In this document: piece by piece, positions 1 through 9,864 of the stretch
Layout of the letters: each line of letters begins with the position of its first letter
Numbering within the stretch: position 1 is the first letter of the stretch
Program-made: the position numbers and the translations under genes
The notes under the pieces: generated by a model
Database searches by the model: none
Seen by the model: the letters and a program-made list of their open reading frames with translations, nothing else
Told to the model about the DNA's origin: nothing
NCBI GenBank assembly: GCA_038215155.1
Contig: JBBQRF010000002.1
Span: 50,712-114,711, forward strand
From: Minisyncoccia bacterium
Lineage (GTDB): Bacteria; Patescibacteriota; Minisyncoccia; Phycocordibacterales; CAJBRS01
Length of the DNA stretch: 64,000 bases
Reading direction: 5' to 3'

Positions 1-979
1 AAATAATTTATTTGCTAGCACCAAGACTTCCGAGACTATTCCGGAAGTGGTTAATTCCCAAAGGATGACCCTTTTAGAGCCCACCCTCAATTCTGACCCC
101 AGTCCAATAAAAAGAAACAGTCATTTAGCTATTGAAGATGGCGCCTTAGTAGCAGAATCAGGACCAACCGGCGGAGCGACAGAAGTTTTTAACGACAATA
201 GTTCTTCTGATAAAATCAGTCTTTATACAGTACGCGATGGTGATAGTCTTCCAAGTATCGCCAAGCTTTTCGGAGTCTCTGTTAATACCATTCTTTGGGC
301 TAATGATTTGAAGAAAGGTGTTGCCTTGAAAAAAGATCAAGTTCTAACAATTCTTCCAGTTTCTGGGGTTAAATATACCGTTAAAAAAGGCGATACTTTA
401 CTAAGCATCGCCAAGCAGTTTAAAGGCGATCAAGCAGAAATTGTCAGCTTCAACAGTCTTTCTGACGGACAGAGTTTAACTCCAGGCGACGGAATCATTA
501 TTCCTAATGGAGAAATTGGTTCTCCCGTGACCCCTTCTTCTAAGTCTAAGTCTTCTGGCAGTCCTAAAAAGATTTATATTGGGGGGTCAGTCGGTCTCTC
601 ATTGTCCTTCAGTGGTCCTCATACCGATTCTACTAACTTTATGCGCCCCCCACTTAATGGCGGAGTACGTACACAAGGACTGCATGGTCACAATGGAGTG
701 GATTGGGGAGCTCCTGTGGGTACTCCCATTTACTCAGTGGCTTCGGGAAGTGTCCTCATTAGTAAAAATAATGGAAGTTGGAATGGTGGCTACGGTGATT
801 ATGTAGTAATTAGTCATAGCAATGGCACACAATCTCTCTATGCTCATATGCAATCCACAACCGTAGGAGTAGGCTCTCAAGTAGAAAAAGGTCAGGTCAT
901 TGGCTATGTCGGAATGACAGGAGAAACTTCTGGTCCTCATGTTCACTTTGAAATTAGAGGCGGACGCAATCCATTCTAG
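1..979 (+). CDS. LysM-repeat M23 family peptidoglycan endopeptidase (5' partial)
   Basis: Two LysM motifs (YTVRDGDSL, YTVKKGDTL) and M23 motifs HNGVD, YAHM, GPHVHFE; the frame is open back to position 2. Confidence 0.9.
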   Translation, partial: NNLFASTKTSETIPEVVNSQRMTLLEPTLNSDPSPIKRNSHLAIEDGALVAESGPTGGATEVFNDNSSSDKISLYTVRDGDSLPSIAKLFGVSVNTILWANDLKKGVALKKDQVLTILPVSGVKYTVKKGDTLLSIAKQFKGDQAEIVSFNSLSDGQSLTPGDGIIIPNGEIGSPVTPSSKSKSSGSPKKIYIGGSVGLSLSFSGPHTDSTNFMRPPLNGGVRTQGLHGHNGVDWGAPVGTPIYSVASGSVLISKNNGSWNGGYGDYVVISHSNGTQSLYAHMQSTTVGVGSQVEKGQVIGYVGMTGETSGPHVHFEIRGGRNPF

Positions 980-2575
980 TTAGATAACCGACATCTTCTT
1001 AGGTCGATACTGCAAGGCTTCTAAAATATGCTTCGGCTCTATTTTTTTAGCACGATCTAAATCAGCAATTGTTTGAGCTAGTTTAATTAAACGATGATAG
1101 GCCCGGGCAGAAATGTCTAATTGATAGGCGGCCTTGTCTAAAATTTCTTTGACCTCGTGGTCTAGAGAGATTATATTTAATAAGTCACGGGGTTTTATTT
1201 CACTATTTGTGTGAATGAATATTTTATTTTGTTGAAATCGTTTGGCAGCGAGCTCTCTAGCTCGGATTACTCTTTTACGAACCACTTCTGTGGTTTCTCC
1301 AGAAATTTTGGTTCCTAATTTTTTATAATCTACTTCGCTGACTTCTAACCAAATATCCACTCTATCAATTATAGGGCCCGAAATTTTCCTTTCGTAACTT
1401 AGTAGATTGGGCGCGCGACAAATGCATTCTCTTTTTGGATTTCCCCGATTACCACAAGGGCATGGATTCATGGCAGCAATTAAAATAAAATTAGCTGGAA
1501 AAATGGCCGAGCTCTTTGCTCTTGCAACACTCACCACCTTTTCTTCAAGAGGTTCTCTCAATGAATCTATAACTTTCCGGTCAAACTCGGGGAATTCATC
1601 CAGAAACAGTACTCCCTTGTGAGCTAAAGTCACTTCTCCCGGTTTTGGAGTGGTACCGCCGCCAATTAATGAAGGGTAGGAAGAAGTATGGTGCGGTGAG
1701 CGAAAAGGTGCTCTTAAAATAAGAGGCTGATCTTTTAAGAGGCCGCAGACAGAATGAATTGATGTTACTTCCAGCATATCTTTAAAAGAAAGAGGAGGGA
1801 GGAGATATGAAAAAGCTTTAGCCAACATAGTTTTTCCAGTACCCGGAGGACCAAACATAATGACATTATGAGCACCGGCAGCAGCAATCTCTAGGCCGCG
1901 CTTAGCTTTCTCCTGTCCCTTAATATCGGCAATATCAATTTCCGGCGCCCCTGCCTCTTCTTTTATTTTTGTTTGTGGAGCGGAAATAATTTTAATTGAA
2001 GGAATGCAGGGTATTTCAGAGTTGGAGTTAGACGCGCCCGCAGGATCTGGCGGCGGGCGCGTATTCAAATGAGAAATTGCATCGCTTAATTTTTCTAATG
2101 GAAAAACTTTAATTCCGGAAATAATGGCTGCTTCTGAAGCATTCTCTTTAGGAACAAAAATATCCCGAAAACCTTTTCTCTTTGCTTCAATTACTAATGG
2201 CAGAACTCCTTTAATAGGTCGCAATTTTCCATCTAAAGCCAATTCTCCTAGGAAAAGTTTATCAGCGGGATCGAAGCGGATATCATCTGCGGCTAAAAGA
2301 TAGGCTAACGCCATAGCCAAATCAAAAGTCGGCCCCTCCTTTCGAATGTTAGCTGGAGCAAGTGCAATGACCACTTTTTGATTTTTATTTTTAGGAGAAG
2401 TAAAACCACTATTTTTAATAGCGGCCCCTATCCTGTCCTTGGCTTCTCCAATTGCTTTATCGGGTAATCCCACAATAGAAAAATTATAAAGTCCTTTTGA
2501 AAGATCAACCTCCACATCAATAATGCGCGCCTTAAGAAGATAGCTTTGAGCGCTAAATACTTTTGAAAAACTCAT
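980..2575 (-). CDS. comM: YifB/ComM Mg-chelatase-like AAA+ ATPase
   Basis: IVGLPD, GPPGTGKT, LFLDEFPEF, AAMNPCPCG; start moved from TTG 2584 to ATG 2575 (MSFSK). Confidence 0.9.
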   Translation of the reverse strand: MSFSKVFSAQSYLLKARIIDVEVDLSKGLYNFSIVGLPDKAIGEAKDRIGAAIKNSGFTSPKNKNQKVVIALAPANIRKEGPTFDLAMALAYLLAADDIRFDPADKLFLGELALDGKLRPIKGVLPLVIEAKRKGFRDIFVPKENASEAAIISGIKVFPLEKLSDAISHLNTRPPPDPAGASNSNSEIPCIPSIKIISAPQTKIKEEAGAPEIDIADIKGQEKAKRGLEIAAAGAHNVIMFGPPGTGKTMLAKAFSYLLPPLSFKDMLEVTSIHSVCGLLKDQPLILRAPFRSPHHTSSYPSLIGGGTTPKPGEVTLAHKGVLFLDEFPEFDRKVIDSLREPLEEKVVSVARAKSSAIFPANFILIAAMNPCPCGNRGNPKRECICRAPNLLSYERKISGPIIDRVDIWLEVSEVDYKKLGTKISGETTEVVRKRVIRARELAAKRFQQNKIFIHTNSEIKPRDLLNIISLDHEVKEILDKAAYQLDISARAYHRLIKLAQTIADLDRAKKIEPKHILEALQYRPKKMSVI

Positions 2576-2608
2576 GCCGTCCAATTATAAATCGGACGGC
2601 ATGAGTTT
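2568..2608 (-). terminator. 15-bp perfect inverted repeat after the TraR/DksA gene, overlapping the comM start
   Basis: AAACTCATGCCGTCC / GGACGGCATGAGTTT; T-run follows on the minus strand. Confidence 0.6.
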
Positions 2609-2629
2609 CTTCTAAAGAAAAGTTAAATT

Positions 2630-2995
2630 TTAAGAAACCTTTTGATTGAGATGAGTCTTACAAGTACGGGCAGCCGCATTGGCTTCTAATCTTTCTATTT
2701 CAATATCTTTACCACAAACTTCACATTTTCCGTACTCTCCTTTCTCCATTTTTTCTAAAGCCAGATTAATATCTTGTAATTGGGGTTCCAACTTGCTCAT
2801 TATGGCTGCATCTCCCTCAATACTCTCGATCTTATCAGCCACCTCATTACGATCAGCAGAAAGAATATCTAAATTCTCGGCGATTGGTTCCCAGTCATTG
2901 GGGTTGTTAGGGTTCTGCCGGCTAACTCCTGACAATTCGCTAATCAAAGTTTCTTTTTCCTTCTCTAATTTTTCTTTAAAGTGATTTGTATCCAT
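2630..2995 (-). CDS. TraR/DksA-type zinc finger protein
   Basis: Coiled coil followed by YGKCEVCG...IEIERLEA..AARTCKTH. Confidence 0.85.
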   Translation of the reverse strand: MDTNHFKEKLEKEKETLISELSGVSRQNPNNPNDWEPIAENLDILSADRNEVADKIESIEGDAAIMSKLEPQLQDINLALEKMEKGEYGKCEVCGKDIEIERLEANAAARTCKTHLNQKVS

Positions 2996-3007
2996 GGAGT
3001 GATTTTA

Positions 3008-3925
3008 TTAGTTATTTCCCCTATTAGCAAGGTAACGACTAAGAATTTCATCAAAGGCGTTCTGACTTTTTACGAAAATTATAGTCGCGGGATCAATAAA
3101 AGAATAAATAAAAGTAGGATTACCACCATCTTCTAAAAGAACTCTAGCGTCACGATTATCGATAATTCTATCGACAAATGTTCGAGCAGAAGAAGTGGCG
3201 GAGTCAGTCGGCAAATTAAAAAGAGAACCAAGATCGTTAGAAATATTAGGTTCCCATTGGAGCATTCCCGGAAAAGCATTGGCATACGAATCACTTTTAA
3301 GGATGAGAACAGGTTCATTGCCTGAACTATTTTGATAATAACCTACAATGTAATCATTTTGGATGGATCTAAATAGATTGCCTGGCATGCGGCTCTGTAG
3401 AAGATTAAGGAAATTCGGAGCATTTAGATGTTCGCGAGCCGAGTGGCCATTTTGCGCGTCTAAATTACCTTTAACAGTAATTATCACATTTTCAATCGAA
3501 CCACTTTCTAAGATACTCTTATTGGCAACTAACCCATGAATTAGTCCATCCAATGTAACGTTATCGAGCTTCAACTCTACTGTTTTGTCGGTGACAATGA
3601 TTGTTCGAGCGACAGCCACTGGAAGAACGGTGTTGTTATGAGGACGGAAAATAAAATATCCCACAATGGCTAAACCAGAAGTAACTAAAATTGCACTAAG
3701 AATGATGAGGACAATACGTTTTTTGGATTCGGTAGATACTTCTTCGCTAGCTACACCCTGTCTTTCTTGACGACGTTTTTCCGCCACGGCCATTTTAATA
3801 ACGGAAACGTTGTCTCGTTTAATAGCCTCTGCCACATCAGTTTGGTAGGTTTTAATATTTCTTAACGGCTCTTCCGCCTTTTCTTTTTTAGCTTTTTCTA
3901 AGGCTTCTTCTAAATCAGAACTCAT
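3008..3925 (-). CDS. Hypothetical single-TM membrane protein
   Basis: 305-aa ORF with one hydrophobic helix (IVLIILSAIL...), in operon after pnp. Confidence 0.7.
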   Translation of the reverse strand: MSSDLEEALEKAKKEKAEEPLRNIKTYQTDVAEAIKRDNVSVIKMAVAEKRRQERQGVASEEVSTESKKRIVLIILSAILVTSGLAIVGYFIFRPHNNTVLPVAVARTIIVTDKTVELKLDNVTLDGLIHGLVANKSILESGSIENVIITVKGNLDAQNGHSAREHLNAPNFLNLLQSRMPGNLFRSIQNDYIVGYYQNSSGNEPVLILKSDSYANAFPGMLQWEPNISNDLGSLFNLPTDSATSSARTFVDRIIDNRDARVLLEDGGNPTFIYSFIDPATIIFVKSQNAFDEILSRYLANRGNN

Positions 3926-3953
3926 TCTTTAATTTTATATTAAAGCGACATTA

Positions 3954-6056
3954 TTACGAACTAGGATTTTTGATGAAGTTAGGATCAGCGCGTTTGATCG
4001 AAAGACTAATGCGTCCCCTATCATCCACCTCTTTCACTACTACGGGCACGCGATCACCCTCTTTTAAGATTTTACTAACATCCTCCACTCTGAAAGAAGC
4101 TATCTCAGATACGTGAACCAGGCCTTCCGTACCACTGCCAATCTTAACAAAAGCTCCAAAATCCATAATTTTAATTACGATTCCATCAAATTTTTCTCCA
4201 GCTTTATATTCATGAGTCATTTCCGCAATAATGATTTTTGCCTTTTCAGCAGTTCCTTCTTTGCCTGTAATGTAGACCGTGCCGTCATCCTCAATATCAA
4301 TTTCTGCTCCAGTCTTCTCTTTAATTTCTTTAATAGTTTTACCACCCGAGCCGATAATTAATCCTATTTGGTCAGGTTTAATTTTAATAGAGAGAATTTT
4401 TGGTGCCTTAGGTGAGATGTCTGTGCGAGGAGCGGCAATAGCTTTTTCAATAACATCGAGAATTTGTAGGCGCGCCCGCTCCGCCGTTTCAAAGGCCTTG
4501 GCTAATATAGAAAGTGGAATACCATCTACCTTAACGTCCATTTGAACGGCCGTAATACCGGCGCGAGTGCCTGCCACTTTAAAATCCATATCGCCATGAT
4601 GATCTTCCGGGCCCTGGATGTCTGTAAGAAGAACATAATTTTTCTCATCCCTCATCATTAATCCCGAGGCAATGCCCGCCACTGGCGCTTTAATCGGCAC
4701 ACCTCCATCCATTAAAGCTAAAGTCGAAGCGCAGACAGAACCCATGGAGGTAGAGCCATTGGAAGCCATTGATTCCGAAACTAAACGAATGGTGTAGGGA
4801 AAACTTTCTTTTTCGGGAATAACAGCTAACAGAGCTTTTTCGGCTAAATTACCATGACCAATCATGCGACGATTCAATCCTCCCATTCGGCCCGTTTCAC
4901 CGGTAGAGAAAGGTGGAAAGTTATAGTGATGAAGGAAACGCTTATCGGTCTGTAACTCCATTCCATCAATAGTTTGAGTATCTCCAGGGCCGCCTAAAGT
5001 AAGAGCAGAGAGAACGTGAGTGCCCCCACGGTAGAATATGCCGGATCCGTGAAGCATAGGCGAAAGGCCGCCGGCTTCGGCAAAGAGGGGTCGGATTTCT
5101 TCGAGGCCCCGGCCATCAGGCCGGCGCTTTTTCTCGATAGCTTCTCGGTGAATAATGTCATTCACTTTTTCCTCAAAATACTCACTTGAAAGAGACATTT
5201 TCTCGTCCGGGAATTTTTCAATATATAATTTTACCCATTCTTCTTTTAATTCTTCAGATTTTTTCTTTCCTGGTCCGGAGAAGACGGCGGCTTCAAGTTC
5301 CGGTTCAATTTTTTCAGTAAATAATTCGGCTCCTTTTTCGGGGAAATTTAAAAATTCTAGTTTTGTTTTCTCTTTGCCAATTTCTTGAATGATCTTTTTT
5401 TGAAAAGTTTGAATTTTTTCAATTTCAGCGGCAGCCAATTCTAGAGCCGCGGTGGCAAGCGTATTAGAAATTTCTTTAGCCCCCACTTCAATCATATTAA
5501 TATTGCCGTCTTTACCACAAGCCACTAAGTCAATATTAGAAAACTCTCTGTCCTTGTATATCGGATTGATTAATAAATCATTTTCACCTTTGCGCTGACC
5601 GACTCGAACGGCACTTACCGGCCCTCTCCAAGGAATATTAGAAGTGCTGAGAGCTAAAGAAGCGGCAATGACAGCCAAGACATCAGGATCATCTTCCTCA
5701 ATGGATAAAATCATAATTACTACCTGTACATCATTTCTAATTCGCTGATCAAATAGGGGGCGAATGGTGCGATCTACCACTCTTCCAGAAAGAATAGCCT
5801 CGTCAGAAGGCCGCCCTTCGCGGCGAGTGAACTGACCGCCGAGAATTCGGCCGGCCGCATAAAATTTTTCCTCGTAATCAACAGTAAGAGGAAAGAAGTC
5901 ACCATCCTTGAGCTTTTTCGACATCACTGCCGAAGCAAAGACTAATGTATTCCCGTAACGTATCAAAACAGATCCATTAGATTGTTCGGCTAAATCATTA
6001 AACTCAGCCGTCAGAGTTTTACCTCCGAGCTCCATAGAAAATTGCTTTTTTTGCAT
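3954..6056 (-). CDS. pnp: Polyribonucleotide nucleotidyltransferase
   Basis: FFPLTVDY, RREGRPS, SNGSTSMGS, GDMDFKVAG, plus KH and S1 domains. Confidence 0.97.
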   Translation of the reverse strand: MQKKQFSMELGGKTLTAEFNDLAEQSNGSVLIRYGNTLVFASAVMSKKLKDGDFFPLTVDYEEKFYAAGRILGGQFTRREGRPSDEAILSGRVVDRTIRPLFDQRIRNDVQVVIMILSIEEDDPDVLAVIAASLALSTSNIPWRGPVSAVRVGQRKGENDLLINPIYKDREFSNIDLVACGKDGNINMIEVGAKEISNTLATAALELAAAEIEKIQTFQKKIIQEIGKEKTKLEFLNFPEKGAELFTEKIEPELEAAVFSGPGKKKSEELKEEWVKLYIEKFPDEKMSLSSEYFEEKVNDIIHREAIEKKRRPDGRGLEEIRPLFAEAGGLSPMLHGSGIFYRGGTHVLSALTLGGPGDTQTIDGMELQTDKRFLHHYNFPPFSTGETGRMGGLNRRMIGHGNLAEKALLAVIPEKESFPYTIRLVSESMASNGSTSMGSVCASTLALMDGGVPIKAPVAGIASGLMMRDEKNYVLLTDIQGPEDHHGDMDFKVAGTRAGITAVQMDVKVDGIPLSILAKAFETAERARLQILDVIEKAIAAPRTDISPKAPKILSIKIKPDQIGLIIGSGGKTIKEIKEKTGAEIDIEDDGTVYITGKEGTAEKAKIIIAEMTHEYKAGEKFDGIVIKIMDFGAFVKIGSGTEGLVHVSEIASFRVEDVSKILKEGDRVPVVVKEVDDRGRISLSIKRADPNFIKNPSS

Positions 6057-6102
6057 ATTAATTCTATTTAGACTAACACAAAATACAATATAGAAAAAAC
6101 TA

Positions 6103-6627
6103 CTAACCTCGCTTTCTATTTCCCGTGCTCATTAAATATTTTCGCGGAGCAACATCTAGATCTAAAAAATCATCTACTGCCTCTTTTAATTTTCCGGATG
6201 CTGATTTACCAAAGGAAACCCCTTCCACCTGGCAGCCATTCATTTGTAGATATTCCACTAAAGGGATGAAGTCACCATCGCCAGAAACTATTACTACTGC
6301 ATCAATCTTAGGAGCTAGTTTTATAGCATCTACGGCGAGACCGACGTCCCAATCGCCCTTTTTTGAGCCACTGGAAAAGACCTGGAGGTTTTTAGTTTTA
6401 GTCTCAATACCCATTTTTACTAAGGCCTCAAAGAAATTTTTCTCGTCCCCCGCTTCGGTAGTAATTACATAGGCTACCGCCCGGACCAATATTCGTCCTG
6501 CTAAGGCATCTTTTAAGATGGCGGCAAAATTTACCCGCGCTCGATAGAGATTTTTTGCACTATGATAAAGATTTTGAGCATCAATAAAAATCCCAACGCG
6601 TTGTTCTTTATGTTTGATAACAGCCAT
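6103..6627 (-). CDS. NYN domain (LabA/DUF88) PIN-like nuclease
   Basis: FIDAQN, KGDWDVGLAVD, VSGDGDFIPL. Confidence 0.9.
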   Translation of the reverse strand: MAVIKHKEQRVGIFIDAQNLYHSAKNLYRARVNFAAILKDALAGRILVRAVAYVITTEAGDEKNFFEALVKMGIETKTKNLQVFSSGSKKGDWDVGLAVDAIKLAPKIDAVVIVSGDGDFIPLVEYLQMNGCQVEGVSFGKSASGKLKEAVDDFLDLDVAPRKYLMSTGNRKRG

Positions 6628-6639
6628 ATTGAGGTAACT

Positions 6640-6906
6640 CTACTTTTTTAGATCCAGTTTTTTGAGAACTGACTGATAGCGCTTAGGATCTTTCTTTTGA
6701 AGATAGCGTAAGTGACTTTGCCGATCAGCTACTAGCTGAAGCAAACCACGACGAGAATGATTATCTTTGTGATTTTTCTTTAGGTGTTTAGCCAATTCAT
6801 CAATTCTTTTACTCAAAATAGAAACCTGCACCTCCGGAGAACCAGTATCTGTCTCATGAATACGGCCTTCTTTGATTATTCGCTGTTTTTTGGTTTTAGT
6901 AAGCAT
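6640..6906 (-). CDS. rpsO: 30S ribosomal protein S15
   Basis: DTGSPEVQV, HSRRGLL; start moved to MLTKTKK at 6906. Confidence 0.95.
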   Translation of the reverse strand: MLTKTKKQRIIKEGRIHETDTGSPEVQVSILSKRIDELAKHLKKNHKDNHSRRGLLQLVADRQSHLRYLQKKDPKRYQSVLKKLDLKK

Positions 6907-6974
6907 TGAACAAATATTAACACGAAAGGTCATTTTATGCAATTTTTCAGGGACAGGGTATAATGTTTTACGAC

Positions 6975-7898
6975 ATGGACCTATTAGAGCTCAAACGACA
7001 GTTTCTCGAGCATGTAGAAATTGAAAAAGGCCGGAGTCTCAAAACCGTCAGGAATTATGAACACTATTTAGATAGGTTTTTTGAATTTTCTAAAATAAGC
7101 ACTCCCTCGGATATCACGGAAGAGCTCATTCGTCAGTACCGTCTCTGGTTGAATCGTCAGTCTGACGGGAAAAATGGGACATTAAAAAAACGAACGCAGA
7201 ATTATTACTTAATTGCTTTGCGCTCTTTTTTAAAATATTTAATCAAACGTAAAATCCCTTCTCTTTCACCCGACACTATTGAATTGGCAAAAGTGCCTGA
7301 TCGATCATTGGATTTAATTGGTCACGAAGATCTAAAGCGATTACTAGTGGCTCCGGAATCGGAGAAAGATGAACTAAAAGGCCTGCGAGACAAAGCTATT
7401 TTAGAATTGTTTTTCTCTACTGGCCTGCGTGTTTCCGAGTTATGCTCTCTTTCCCGTGATTTGGACCTGAGAAAAGACGAATTTTCCGTTAGGGGTAAGG
7501 GAGAAAAAGTACGAGTTGTTTTTCTATCTAACGAGGCGAAGGCTGCTATAAAAAAATATTTAGATAAGAGAGTGGACGTAGAAGATGCCCTTTTCGTCCA
7601 ATTAAAAAACCCGATTGGTAAGAAAGAGGAGGCCAAAGAACTGAGTCGGCTAACGGCGCGCTCTATAGAGAGAATCGTCAAATATTACGCTGTCAAAGCG
7701 GGAATCTCCAAAAAGGTTACTCCTCATGTCATTCGTCATAGCTTCGCCACTGACCTCTTAGAGAACGGCGCGGACCTACGCGCCGTTCAAATGCTTCTCG
7801 GCCACGCTAATATTACTACTACTCAAATTTACACCCATATTACCGACAAGCATCTAAAAGAGATCCATAAGAACTTCCATAATAGGAGAAAGAACTAG
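6975..7898 (+). CDS. XerC/XerD-like tyrosine recombinase
   Basis: TGLRVSEL, VRGKGEKVR, TPHVIRHSFATDLL, LGHANITTTQIY; start likely ATG 6975, downstream of TATAAT 6959-6964. Confidence 0.9.
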   Translation: MDLLELKRQFLEHVEIEKGRSLKTVRNYEHYLDRFFEFSKISTPSDITEELIRQYRLWLNRQSDGKNGTLKKRTQNYYLIALRSFLKYLIKRKIPSLSPDTIELAKVPDRSLDLIGHEDLKRLLVAPESEKDELKGLRDKAILELFFSTGLRVSELCSLSRDLDLRKDEFSVRGKGEKVRVVFLSNEAKAAIKKYLDKRVDVEDALFVQLKNPIGKKEEAKELSRLTARSIERIVKYYAVKAGISKKVTPHVIRHSFATDLLENGADLRAVQMLLGHANITTTQIYTHITDKHLKEIHKNFHNRRKN

Positions 7899-7902
7899 TT
7901 AG

Positions 7903-7930
7903 TTGACTTATGTTTGGTGAGTGTTAAGAT
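7903..7930 (+). promoter_or_regulatory. Sigma70-type promoter of the orphan gene at 8010
   Basis: TTGACT-N16-TAAGAT with TGn extended -10. Confidence 0.6.
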
Positions 7931-8009
7931 TTTCCATCGAGACTGCTCTGAGTAGAGTGAACTAGTTCTTAAACAAACAACAAACAATAATCAAAAAGAA
8001 AGACCGAAA

Positions 8010-8527
8010 ATGCTGGACCTAAGAATCAATCATCCGTTCGAAATTATTATGGGCTGCCCGGGTAAAAGTCCGGAAATGGCAGCACTAACCAAGCGGCTCA
8101 ATAGCCCTACGGGCATCAAAAGCTTTGTGGCCAGGATTAAAGATACTTGGCAAATTTGGATGGAGGGGCGAACTCGTGAGGGTGTCGCCGTCGTTGCTCG
8201 TAAGACTTTCGGATCCTGTTGGGCAAAACACCGGCGCGATGAATTCTCTCTCAATACCACAGGGTCCAAAATTGACGTGGCCTTTGTGGAAGCGCTGACT
8301 CATGAGCCGAAGAAAGAACTTTTTTCACCATTCGTCTCCAGGAAGGATTCCTTGAAGAACTGGATTCAGAAGAAAATCGAGTAACAGTAACTAAGCTCAT
8401 TGAATACGTTTTACAGGAACTAACGGAATTGAGTTTTAACAAAGGTACCATACTCCCCCCGCTCACCGCGAAGAAGAATAGACCTTCTCGCTCCTGCCGC
8501 CCGCGGCAAAAATTGCATCCAGCCTAA
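8010..8527 (+). pseudogene. Orphan gene, apparently frameshifted (ORF 8010-8384 continues in the -1 frame to TAA 8527)
   Basis: The -1 frame is open from 8305 to 8527 and ends just before the terminator; T6 run at 8320-8325. Confidence 0.55.
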
Positions 8528-8541
8528 GTTTCGAACTTACC

Positions 8542-8578
8542 GTCTCTTTAATCCTCCTCGAGGGTAAAGAGACTTTTT
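8542..8578 (+). terminator. Intrinsic terminator
   Basis: GTCTCTTTA...TAAAGAGAC followed by TTTTT. Confidence 0.7.
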
Positions 8579-8609
8579 ATTTATCAATGTTTCACGATAA
8601 GATAGTTTC

Positions 8610-9383
8610 ATGAAAATCATCTCTTGGAACGTCAATGGCATCCGCGCCTGGCATAAAAAGGGCTACCTAGATTGGTTTCTTAAGGAAAAACCGGACTTTT
8701 TCTGCCTCCAGGAAACAAAAGCCCATCCCGATCAACTCACCGAAGAACTGCGTAACCCCCTTGGCTATCATTCATACTTTGACCACTCTAAAGGGCGTAA
8801 AGGCTATAGCGGAGTGGCAATCTACACACAGCACGAACCAGAAAAGATTGATTATGGATTAGGAATTAAGGCATTAGACCAAGAGGGTCGTTTCCTCGCT
8901 CTCTATTATAAAGATTTTGTGCTCATCAACATTTATTTTCCAAATGGTGGAGGGGGGCCTGTGCGGCTAAAATACAAACTTCAGTATTACAAGGCGTATT
9001 TAAAGTATGCCGATAGTCTAAGAAAAAAGGGCCTAAGAGTAATATTTTGTGGAGATGTTAATACCGCTCATACGGAGATAGATCTCGCCCGCCCTCGCGA
9101 AAATGCCAGTCATACGGGGTTCTTACCCATTGAGAGGACTTGGTTAGATAAAGTGGTAGAGCACGGTTATGTAGATGTTTATAGGCACTTTTATCCTCAT
9201 CGCACGGGCGCCTATACTTATTGGGATAATTATAGCTTTGCTCGGGAGAGAAATGTGGGCTGGAGAATAGATTATTTTTTCGTAAGCCCAGAACTTATCA
9301 AAAAAGTTAAACAATGTGAGATTTTAGATCAGGTACATGGTTCCGACCACTGCCCTATCCTTCTTGAGATCGACTTATCATAA
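8610..9383 (+). CDS. xth: Exodeoxyribonuclease III / AP endonuclease
   Basis: SWNVNGIR, CLQETK, GDVN, GWRIDYF, SDHCP. Confidence 0.95.
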   Translation: MKIISWNVNGIRAWHKKGYLDWFLKEKPDFFCLQETKAHPDQLTEELRNPLGYHSYFDHSKGRKGYSGVAIYTQHEPEKIDYGLGIKALDQEGRFLALYYKDFVLINIYFPNGGGGPVRLKYKLQYYKAYLKYADSLRKKGLRVIFCGDVNTAHTEIDLARPRENASHTGFLPIERTWLDKVVEHGYVDVYRHFYPHRTGAYTYWDNYSFARERNVGWRIDYFFVSPELIKKVKQCEILDQVHGSDHCPILLEIDLS

Positions 9384-9384
9384 A

Positions 9385-9580
9385 TTCTTTATTCACTCCG
9401 TTAGCATCTCTTTTCCGAGAGGTCGGAAGCCCGAATTCTCGGCAAAAGAGACGCTAATTTCGTTCATAAAGAAAACCAGACTTTAAGAATGAGGGTCACG
9501 AGTGCAGGTCGTAAGTCTCGGAGACCGAATTCGGTCCTCCGACCTCGGCGAAGAGATTTACGACGGAACGAGAGACCCTC
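9385..9580. repeat. Pair of related long bulged hairpins in inverted orientation (9385-9473 and 9491-9580)
   Basis: Each folds on itself; they share GAATTCGG-nCY-TCCGACCTC...AAGAGAT on opposite strands. Confidence 0.65.
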
Positions 9581-9591
9581 TATAAAATAAG

Positions 9592-9600
9592 TTATCCACA
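9592..9600 (+). promoter_or_regulatory. DnaA box
   Basis: Perfect TTATCCACA in an intergenic region. Confidence 0.5.
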
Positions 9601-9864
9601 CCTATGTCCTTTACATGTCCTTTAGAAACCATTACTATACTCAGTAGATCTTCTAGCAGCAATCGCTATTAATCCCTCTTGGCGAAAGCAGCTAAAATGT
9701 CCTTTACAATAAAGGTCATCTTGGAAATTATTTTCCTGGGTTGAATTATCAAATTTTTAAAAGGCTATTTAATAGGAAAGACGCCTCTACGGAGATATCT
9801 CTTCTGTTAAAATTACTTATTGGATTCAAATCCCGCGAAACTTTCACTCGATGACGCTTTACTC

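Noticed and set aside
6975-8578. Tyrosine recombinase plus orphan as a prophage or integron
   Set aside because: The recombinase looks like chromosomal XerC/D with no IntI-type insertion seen; no attC sites, phage genes or flanking att pair.
8588-8596. TGTTTCACG parS half-site before xth
   Set aside because: Only half of the palindrome is present.
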